Program-made: the position numbers and the translations under genes
NCBI RefSeq assembly: GCF_001194135.2
Contig: NC_068981.1
Span: forward strand, 184,645,680 to 184,692,954
Reading direction: 5' to 3'
Length of the DNA: 47,275 nt
Source: Octopus bimaculoides
Lineage: Eukaryota
Part shown: positions 34,709-43,248 of the stretch, in pieces
Layout: every line of letters begins with the position of its first letter
How positions within the stretch are numbered: the stretch's first letter is position 1
Notes under the pieces: model-generated
What the model saw: the letters and a program-made list of their open reading frames with translations, nothing else
What the model was told of the DNA's origin: nothing
The model's database searches: none

Positions 34709-35154
34709 GTATCAGCTAGTCTATTTTCTTAAATATTTTATTGATTTTCTTAATAAAGTGCGATGTGATATGGCAGCGATATCTGTTTAAGTTATTTGTA
34801 TTACTTTTATATATAATTTTAGATTCGGAAGTTTTGCTAGTCGCGAGCATGCCTCTGCTTTTGCATTGTGGGGCGGAATATTGCTTTGTCGATAAATTAC
34901 CTTGTTTTTGTTTCCTATAGAAAATTGTTCCTTCACGCTGGGAATTAAACGTATCTCTAATAATGTTAGGTATTCCAATGCAGTAATTGACTGTTCACGC
35001 CCTGTAAACAAACTANNNNNNNNNNNNNNNNNNNNNNNNNNNNNNNNNNNNNNNNNNNNNNNNNNNNNNNNNNNNNNNNNNNNNNNNNNNNNNNNNNNNN
35101 NNNNNNNNNNNNNNNAATTCGGAAGTTCTTCTAGTCGCGAGCATGGCTCTGCTT

Positions 35155-35510
35155 TTGCATTGTGGGGCGGAATATTGCTTCATTGATAAATTACCTTGTT
35201 TTTGTTTCCTATCGAATATGGTTTCTTCACACTGCAAGTAAACGTATCTCTAACAACGTTACGTACTCTGATGCAGTAATTGACTATACACGCCCTGTAA
35301 ACACACTAACGGCTGCAGAGGAAAATACATCCCATACTGAGTTTCTAATTTGTCTATGATTCATTACCGTTGAAATCCATTCAGAGAGAATCTCTTATCG
35401 GTTCTGTGAAGGCAACGTTCTGTGGTACTATTCATTACAAACCTCAGATCTTGATTCATCCACTCCAGAGGACTTTCTGAAACCAGTCTGAACCATTGAT
35501 AACATACTTG
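35155..35510 (-). mobile_element. Tc1-type transposase relic, N-terminal half
   Basis: Homologous to 31255-31613; another partial copy at ~34860-35015. Confidence 0.7.
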
Positions 35511-35960
35511 GTCAAAAAAATGCAACCGGTACTTAATATTACTTTTGGGAACTGGAAGAATCGTTAGCACGCGGGGCAAAAGGATTACCGGCATTTCGCC
35601 TGTCTTCCCATTTTGAGTTCAAATTTCACCGAGGATTATTTTACTTTTCATCCTTTTGGGGTCAATAAAATATGTATTAGTTGAGCAACGGGATTGATAT
35701 AATCGACTTACTCCGTCCCAGAAAAATTTCAGGCATTGTGCCTATCATAGAAAGGATTATCTTACTAAAAATTACAAATCCATGACAAAACACCACAAAA
35801 ACATGCAGAAATAACTCTATAAATTAATATGGAATAACATATTACTTTGATTTCCTTTTGTCCAGGAAACTGCTTTTTCAACGCTCGGAGGCAATCGTAT
35901 TCTATCGCCAATATTCTAGATATACATAATCTAAAAGTTAGGTCACTAGGTAGTCTAGCT

Positions 35961-36023
35961 GCCGTGATCGTCTTGTGCTTAGAATGCTACATGAAAACTC
36001 AGGTTCGATTCCCGGGCACGACT
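35961..36023 (+). pseudogene. tRNA-His relic lacking most of the anticodon arm
   Basis: GCCGTGATCGTCTTGTGCTTAGAATGCTACATG^AAAACTCAGGTTCGATTCCCGGGCACGAC. Confidence 0.8.
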
Positions 36024-36717
36024 GGCAGGTTAATTGCTGTTTTTGTACATTTTTTTATGTCATGTTTTAATGATTTACCTGTTTACGTTGTTTGCATTAA
36101 TTTTATATATAATTTTATATTTCAAAGTTTTCTTCCTATTTGTTGTTGCGAGCTGGCATAATGGTTAGCACCACGAGCAAAATGCTTAGCGGCATTTCGT
36201 CCGTCTTTCGCGTACTGAGCTCTAATTCCGCCGAGATAGACGTTCTTTTTCATACTTTGGGTGTCGATAAAATAAGTACCAGTTGAGCAGTGGGGTGAAT
36301 GCTTTCGACTTACTTCCTTCCTGGAAATTGCTGGCATTGTCGCAATATTTCAAAATAATATTTATATCTACATTACGTTTCCATTAATTCTAACGTGATT
36401 CACATTTCATAGTTCCCCAAAAATTTATCAGAGAAGGCAAGTTTCTTGTAAGAAGCTCGTACCCAATGGATGCAAAAATATTCTACACGTGATTCAAACT
36501 TGAGCTCTGATTTGTCCAGAACCCGATATTCACTGAGTTTTTCACGACCGATTTTCTGCTTGTTTTTGTAGCGTGGACAGAACTGGTGTGTGGCAAAAAA
36601 TTATTTTGTATTTTGTCCGAAGCAAATTGCATTCTTCAGACTGGGAAATAATCGTATTCTATCTCCAATATTCTAGATATAGATAATTGAGAAACTCGGG
36701 AAGCAGCTGATCTCTCG

Positions 36718-36789
36718 GCCGTGATCGTCTAGTGGTTAGGACCCCACGTTGTGGCCGTGGTAACCCAGGTTCGAATCCTGGTCACAGCA
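36718..36789 (+). tRNA. trnH: tRNA-His (GUG) variant, single G70A change (C3:A70 mismatch)
   Basis: Consensus except the 3' end TCACAGCA; T5 terminator downstream. Confidence 0.85.
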
Positions 36790-37084
36790 TTTCAGCTACG
36801 CTATTTTTCATACTTATTTATTTTTTATTGATTTTCTTAATCGAGTACGATGTGATATGGCAGCGATATCTGTTGAAGTTATTTGTATTACTTTTATATA
36901 CAATTTTAGATTTCAACGTTCTTCTACTCGCGAGCATCACTCTGCTTTTGAAGTGTGGGCCATAATATAGCTTTGTCGAAAAATGACTTTGGTCTTGTTT
37001 TCTATAGGAAATTGTTTCTTCACGCTGGGAAGTAATCGTATCTCAAACAATTTGTGGCCATTTTTGAAACCAGTATTTATATCT

Positions 37085-37370
37085 ACATTACGTTTCCATC
37101 AATTCCAACGCCATTCACATTTCACAGTTTCCCAAAATTCATCAGAGAAGGCAAGTTTCTTGTAACAAGATCGTACCCAGTGCATGCCAAAATATTCTCT
37201 ACGTGATTCAGATCCACCTTTGAGTTGTCCAGAACGCGATATTCACTGAGTTTTTTACGAACTATTTTCAGAATGATTTTGTGTGTCCAGGAGAACTACT
37301 TCGTCGAAAAATTTACTTTGTTCCTGTTTTCAAGGAATTGCCCTGTTCTCGCTGGGAAATAATCGTATTC
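37085..37370 (-). mobile_element. Tc1-type transposase relic, C-terminal half with best-preserved E motif
   Basis: The reverse complement of 37191-37214 encodes DLNHVENI, preceded by FWTTQ, corresponding to WPxQSPDLNPIENLW. Confidence 0.8.
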
Positions 37371-37422
37371 TATCGCCAATATTCTAGATATAGATGATTA
37401 AAGTCTCTCTGTTGGTCTCTCG

Positions 37423-37493
37423 GCTGTGATCGTCTTGTGGTTTCGACCTCACGTTGTGGCCGTCTAAAGCAGGTCCGAATCCTAGTTACCGCA
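37423..37493 (+). pseudogene. tRNA-His pseudogene
   Basis: GCTGTGATCGTCTTGTGGTTTCGACCTCACGTTGTGGCCGTCTAAAGCAGGTCCGAATCCTAGTTACCGCA; B box and stems mutated. Confidence 0.85.
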
Positions 37494-37654
37494 GCTCGGA
37501 TAATATATTTTTGATACATTTTTTTCTCTTTTCATTGATTTTCTTAATATGCTGCAGTTTGATATCACAGAGACATCTATTTAAGGTATTTATATTACGT
37601 TTATGTATAATTTTAGGTTTCAAAGTTTTTCTAGTCGCGAGCTGATTCTGCTTT

Positions 37655-38005
37655 TGCATTGTGGGGCGGAATATTGCCTTGTTGAAAAATTACTTTGTTT
37701 TTGATTTCTCCAGGAAATTGTTTCTTCACGCTGGGAAGTAATCGTATCTCTAACAATGTTAAGTATTCCAATGCAGTAATTGACTGTTCACGACATGTAA
37801 ACACACTAATGGCTGCAGAGGAATATACATCCCATGCTGGGATTCCACCTTGTCTAAAATTCATAGCTTTTGAAATAGACTCAGAGAGGAATCTTTTATC
37901 GGTTTTGTGAAGGCAACGTTTTGTGGTACCATTACAATGTTCAAATCTTGATTCGTCCACTGCAGAGGACTTCCTGAAACCATTCTGAATCATCGTTACC
38001 ATACT
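37655..38005 (-). mobile_element. Tc1-type transposase relic, N-terminal half
   Basis: ORF track 37631-38002: VDESRF...RQGGIPAWDVYSSA...LEYLTLLEIRLLPSVKKQFPGEIKNKVIFQQGNIPPHNAK. Confidence 0.8.
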
Positions 38006-38464
38006 TGGCCAAAAAAGTGCAACCGGTGCTTAATATTACTCTTGGAAACTGGAAGAATCGTTAGCTCGCGGGGCAAAATGCTTAGCGGTATTTCACCTGT
38101 CTTCCTATTTTGGGTTCAAATTTCGCCCTGGACTATTTTATTTTTCATTTCTTTTCGAGTCAATAAAATAAGTACCAGGTGAGCAATAGTATTGATATAA
38201 CCGACTTACTCCCTCCCAGAAATATTTCAGGCCTTGTGTATACCATAGAAAAAGATTATCTTATTGCATATTACAAATCCATGAAAACCCTCCCACCTCC
38301 AAGAACATGCAGAAATAACTCTATAGATTAATATGGAATAACATATTACTTTGATTTTCTTTTGTCCAGAAAACTGCTTTTTCAACGCTTGTAGGCAATT
38401 TTATTTTATAGCAAATATTCTAGATATACATAATTTAAAAGCCTTTAACCCGGCTGGTTTGGTT

Positions 38465-38476
38465 TCAGCGATCGTC
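38465..38476 (+). pseudogene. 5' stub of a tRNA-His copy interrupted by a SINE
   Basis: TCAGCGATCGTC (9/12 to GCCGTGATCGTC) exactly 30 nt after a perfect upstream motif (38418-38434), then SINE A sequence. Confidence 0.6.
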
Positions 38477-38478
38477 GA

Positions 38479-38811
38479 TACATGTGTGTGTGTTTGTGTG
38501 TCTGTGTTTGTCCCCTCAACATCGCTTGAAAACCGATGGTGGTGTGTTTACGTCTCCGTAATTTAGCGGTTCGGCAAAANNNNNNNNNNACATGTGTGTG
38601 TGTTTGTGTGTCTGTGTTTGTCCCCCCAACATCGCTTGAAAACCGATGGTGGTGTGTTTACGTCTCCGTAATTTAGCGGTTCGGCAAAAGACACCGATAG
38701 AATAAGTACTAGGCTTACAAAGAATAAGTCCTGGGGTCGATTTGCTCGACTAAAGGCGGTGCTCCAGCATGGCCGTATTCAAATGACTGAAACGAGTAAA
38801 AGAGTAAAATA
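38479..38811 (+). mobile_element. SINE family A, 3' half
   Basis: TGTGTTTGTCCCCCCAACATCGCTTG...GGCGGTGCTCCAGCATGGCCG...GAAACGAGTAAAAGAG; ~90 bp duplicated across the 10-N gap. Confidence 0.8.
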
Positions 38812-39538
38812 GTAAAGAGAGAGAAAGAGAGGAAGAGAGAGAGAGAGAGAGAGAGAGAGTAATTCCACCCAGCCATTTGACAGTGAATCTCAAGACAAGA
38901 AGGAATCATCCATGTCAAATTAATATGTAAAGATTTTATATTTCAAAGTTTTCTTCGTGTTTGTCGTTGCAAGCTGGCAGAATGGTTAGCACTCCGAGCA
39001 AAGTGCTTAGCGGCATTTCGTCCGTCTTTCGCGTACTGAGCTCTAATTCCGCCGAGATAGACGCTCTTTTTCATACTTTGGGTGTCGATAAAATAAGTAC
39101 CAGTTAAGTAGTGGGGTGAATGCAATCGACTTACTTCCTTCCCGGAAATTGCTGGCATTGTAGCAATATTTGAAAATAATATTTATATCTACATTACGTT
39201 TCTATCAATTCCAACGCGATTCCCATTTCACAGTTCCCCAAAATTCATCAGAGAAGGCAAGTTTCTTGTAAGAAGCTCGTACCCAATGGATGCAAAAATA
39301 TTCTACACGTGATTCAAACTTGAGCTCTGATTTGTCCAGAACATGATAAACACTGAGTTTTTCACGACCTATTTTCTGCTTGTTTTTGTAGCATGGACAG
39401 AACTGCTGCGTGGAAAAAGAATTATTTTGTATTTTGTCCGAAACAAATTGCTTTGTTCAGGCTGGGAAATAATCGTATTCTATCTCCAATATTCTAGATA
39501 TAGATAATTAAGAAACTAATGCAGCAGCTGGTCTCTCG

Positions 39539-39610
39539 GCCGTGATCGTCTAGTGGTTAGGACCCCACGTTGTGGCCGTGGTAACCCAGGTTCGAATCCT
39601 GGTCACGGCA
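39539..39610 (+). tRNA. trnH: tRNA-His (GUG), intact
   Basis: Identical to the 72-nt consensus; T5 run downstream. Confidence 0.95.
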
Positions 39611-41429
39611 TTTCAGCTACGCTATTTTTCATAATATCTATTTTTTATTGATTTTCTTAATCGAGTACGATGTGATATGTCAGCGATATCTGTTGAAGTT
39701 ATTTGTATTACTTTTTTTATACAATTTTAGATTTCAACGTTCTTCTACTCGCCAGCATCACTCCACTTTTGAATTGTGGGCCGTAATATAGCTTTGTCGA
39801 AAACTGACTTTGGTCTTGTTTTCTATAGGAAATTGTTTCTTCACGCTGGGAAGTAATCGTATCTCAAACAATTTTAGGTATTCCAATGCAGTAATTGACT
39901 GTTCACGGCATGTAAACACACTAATGGCTGCAGAGGAATATACATCCCATGCTGGGATTCCACCTCGTCTATGATTTAGAGGACTCTCTGCAACCAATCT
40001 GAATCATCGTTACCATACTTGGCCAAAACAGTGCAACCGCTGCTTAATAATTTTCTTGGTGAACAATTTCCGCCGAGGTCGACTTTGGCTTTCATGTTTC
40101 TGTGGTCGAAAAAAATAAGCACTAGTTGATCATTGGGGTCGATGTAACTGACTTAGCCCCTTCCTCGAACCTGTTGCCCTTGTGACAAAATTTGAAACCA
40201 ATATTTTTCTTGGTGAACTGGCAGAATCGTTAGCTCGCCGGGCAAAGTGCTTCGCAACATTTCGACATTTTCCCCATTTTACGTTCAAATTTCGCCGAGT
40301 ATTATTTTACTTTTTATCCTATTGGGTGACAAAATAAGTGCCATTTGAGCATTGGAGTTGATATAATCGACTTACTCTCTCCCAGAAAAATTTTAGGCAT
40401 TGTACCAAAGTAGAAAAGATTAATTTATTATTACATATTACAAATTCATAAAAAACACCCACAAGAACATGCAGAAATAAATCTATAGATTAATATGGAA
40501 TAACATATCAGTTTCCTTTCTTTGGGCAAACTACCGGATTATCATTTTCTTGCATCAAGAAATATCGCCGTTGTCCCGTTCGTGTTTCAGAGTTTTGAGA
40601 TGGTAAATTTTCTTATGACAAGATCATGCCCAGAGCATGTCATAATATTTTACACGCGATTAAAATTGAGCTCTGACATGTCCAAAATACGATATTCAAG
40701 GAATTTTCCAAGAATTACTTTTCATTTGCTTCTGCAGTGTGGAGAAGTGTTGCTTTGTTGAAAAATTACTTTGATTTTAGCTAATTAGAAAATCTCTATA
40801 AGAGATGAACGCAGTAACTATACTGAGAAGCAATGTTTAATGCCACTTCAACATGGCTGTTCCGTAGAAAGCGACGTTACCGTTGTTTTAAGCCCATGGG
40901 AAATCCTCCTGTAGCTGGTTATTCGATGCAATCTGTATCCGATATATATTGCAAGCAGGGGAGTGAATCCTACCATGATCCAGCCACGAGATCACCAGAC
41001 CGTACGGTCTCGACCTCTTTATGGTCATCCTCTGCGATGGATACTTGTCCGCTAGAGATAGCAGTAGTTCACTCCAGCTCATAATAAATAGAAAACAAAT
41101 GACACCCAGCCACTGATCTTGCAACAAGCAAGTTAGCGTGTTAGATCTGTATAAGAGATGAAAGCAGTAACTATACTGAGAAGCAATGCATATCGCCGAA
41201 TATCGGATGCTGATTGAATCGGAAAACAAGATGGAGGAGGAGTACTCCTGGTGTTAAAATAACAGTAATTTCGGTTCTAACGGAGCGGCCATGTTTTGGT
41301 GGTTATAAACATTACTTTGATTTTCATTTCTCCAGGAAATTGCTTTTTGACGCACGGAAGTAATTTCATTCTACCGCGAATATTCTATAAATACATAATT
41401 TAAAGTCATTCGTAACAACTGTCGTATTG

Positions 41430-41484
41430 GATGTGAGGATCAAGTTCTTAGGACTCTGATTTTGTGTCTGTAGTAATCCAGTTT
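41430..41484 (+). pseudogene. Highly degenerate, 3'-truncated tRNA-His relic
   Basis: GATGTGAGGATCAAGTTCTTAGGACTCTGATTTTGTGTCTGTAGTAATCCAGTT aligns to consensus positions 1-54 and begins exactly 30 nt after TTCTATAAATACATAAT. Confidence 0.6.
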
Positions 41485-41632
41485 GTAGTGTGGAGAGAAC
41501 TGGTTCGTTGAAAAAATTACTCTGTTCGTGTTTTCGAGGAATTGCTTTGTTTACGCGGGAAAATAACCACATTCTACCGCCAGTATTTTAGATATAGATA
41601 ATTGAAAAGTGGGCACCGTAGCTCCACTCTCG

Positions 41633-41704
41633 GCCGTGATCGTCTAGTGGTTAGAACTCTATATTGTGGCCATGACAACCTAAGTTCGAATCCTTGTTAC
41701 GGCA
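41633..41704 (+). pseudogene. tRNA-His pseudogene (anticodon stem unpaired)
   Basis: GCCGTGATCGTCTAGTGGTTAGAACTCTATATTGTGGCCATGACAACCTAAGTTCGAATCCTTGTTACGGCA. Confidence 0.85.
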
Positions 41705-41971
41705 AATCGGCTAGTCTAATCTTTGTTCGTTTATCGTCGGAGGAATTGCTTTTTACACGCTGGGAAGCAATCGTGTTCTACCGCCAATATCCTACATATC
41801 CATAATTGAAGNNNNNNNNNNTTGTAGTGTGGAGAGAACTGGTTCGTTGAAAAAATTACTCTGTTCGTGTTTTCGAGGAATTGCTTTGTTTACGCGGGAA
41901 AATAACCACATTCTACCGCCAGTATTTTAGATATAGATAATTGAAAAGTGGGCACCGTAGCTCGACTCTCG

Positions 41972-42043
41972 GCCGTGATCGTCTAGTGGTTAGAACTCTA
42001 TATTGTGGCCATGACAACCTAAGTTCGAATCCTTGTTACGGCA
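41972..42043 (+). pseudogene. Identical copy of the 41633 pseudogene, probable assembly duplicate
   Basis: Same 72 nt, inside a ~330-bp near-exact duplication flanking the 10-N gap at 41812-41821. Confidence 0.6.
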
Positions 42044-42175
42044 AATCGGCTAGTCTAATCTTTGTTCGTTTATCGTCGGAGGAATTGCTTTTTACACGCT
42101 GGGAAGCAATCGTGTTCTACCGCCAATATCCTACATATCCATAATTGAAGAACTTACCCGGTCACTTGTCTTTTG

Positions 42176-42247
42176 GTCGTGATCGTCTAATGGCTAGGAC
42201 TCCATGTTGTGGCGGTGGCAACCCAGGTTCGAATCCTAGTCACGGAA
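42176..42247 (+). pseudogene. tRNA-His pseudogene
   Basis: GTCGTGATCGTCTAATGGCTAGGACTCCATGTTGTGGCGGTGGCAACCCAGGTTCGAATCCTAGTCACGGAA; B box intact, several stem mismatches. Confidence 0.85.
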
Positions 42248-42541
42248 GGTCGGCCAATCTATTATTATTGATTTTATTAATATACTACAATGTGATATGG
42301 CAGCGATTTCTGTTTAAGTTGTTGTTATTTCTTTTACATATAATTTTAGATTTGAAAGTTTTTCTTGTCGCGAGCATGACTCTGCTGTTGCAGTGTGAGC
42401 AGATGTATTGTTTTGTTGAAAGATTAATTTGTTTTTGTTTTCTCCAGGAAATTGTTTCTTCACGCCAGGAAGTAATCTTACTCTGCCACCAATATTCTAA
42501 ATATACATAATTTAAAACTTTTTGAACGGGCTGATTTATTG

Positions 42542-42617
42542 GTCTTGATTATCTAGTGGTAAGTACCTCTACCTAGTTGTGTCCGTGGTAATCCAGGTTC
42601 AAATCCTGGACACGAGA
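42542..42617 (+). pseudogene. tRNA-His pseudogene, last of the array
   Basis: GTCTTGATTATCTAGTGGTAAGTACCTCTACCTAGTTGTGTCCGTGGTAATCCAGGTTCAAATCCTGGACACGAGA; starts 366 bp after the 42176 copy. Confidence 0.8.
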
Positions 42618-42702
42618 GGTCATCGGTTTTTGTTTACTTACAAATCTTCCCCCCCCCCCACCGATGCTTTTATTGATTTTTATTAATAATTTCTTAATAT
42701 AA

Positions 42703-42870
42703 GGCGGCGAGCTGGCAGACACGTTAGCACGCCGGGCGAAATGCTTAGCGGTATTTCGTCTGTCTTTACGTTCTGAGTTCAAATTCCGCCGAGGTCGACT
42801 TTGTCTTTCATCCTTTCGGGGTCGATAAATTAAGTACCAGTTACGTATTGGGGTCGATGTAATCGACTAA
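42703..42870 (+). mobile_element. SINE family B, young-looking 3'-truncated copy
   Basis: GGCGGCGAGCTGGCAGACACGTTAGCACGCCGGGCGAAATGCTTAGCGG...GAGTTCAAATTCCGCCGAGGTCGAC. Older copies are embedded in the array at ~29960, 31800, 33470, 34070, 35550, 36140, 38050, 38970, 40210; another lies at ~43453. Confidence 0.85.
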
Positions 42871-42872
42871 AA

Positions 42873-43027
42873 CTGGAGGGAATTGAACTGATGTCACGCC
42901 CAGTTTATAGTCCAGACCTAGGTCCCTCGGATTACTACATGTTCCAATCCATGACTGACTTCCTGCGCTCGCGATGCTTCATCAACCGAGAAGAGGTGGA
43001 GGCTTCAGTAAAGCAATTCTTCGCCTC
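42873..43027 (+). mobile_element. Mariner transposase C-terminal fragment
   Basis: RPVYSPDLGPSDYYMFQSMTDFL...EEVEASVKQFFAS contains the mariner YSPDLAPSDY motif. Confidence 0.85.
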
Positions 43028-43211
43028 GGTGGTACTATACGATGGCCTCGCCTTTGAATACTGGGCTGCTTTTGTTGTAACTTGTCGAATAGAGAAAATA
43101 AATTACCAAAATATTGCAAAACTTTTGACTCAACACGATATTAGTTCTAACCCTGCCAGGCCCTTTATTATTTGAAGTCGAACCAGTTTTCTGGATGTGT
43201 AGATCTATTTT

Positions 43212-43248
<37 letters not shown>

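Noticed and set aside
31221-38002. Tc1-like ORFs (31221-31613, 37631-38002, 39758-39997) as functional transposase genes
   Set aside because: The second catalytic D is replaced (QQSN, QQGN, RQSY), there is no DNA-binding domain, and sister copies carry stops and frameshifts.
38480-38690. ~90-bp duplication inside the SINE
   Set aside because: It flanks a 10-N gap (38580-38589); likely the same overlap artefact.
24705-39610. Repeated ORFs beginning MVRTPRCGRGNPGSNPGH (24705, 31037, 33856, 36732 and minus-strand equivalents)
   Set aside because: The peptide is the tRNA-His sequence read from a GTG codon.
41485-42150. Apparent very recent 339-bp tandem duplication of a tRNA pseudogene
   Set aside because: The copies are near-identical and flank a 10-N gap (41812-41821), typical of unmerged overlapping contig ends. 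Likely an assembly artefact.
28150-42620. CRISPR-like appearance of a conserved 17-nt motif followed by variable 30-nt spacers
   Set aside because: Units are 0.3-2 kb apart, each spacer is followed by a tRNA, the DNA is eukaryotic and no cas genes are seen. It is a tRNA upstream region.
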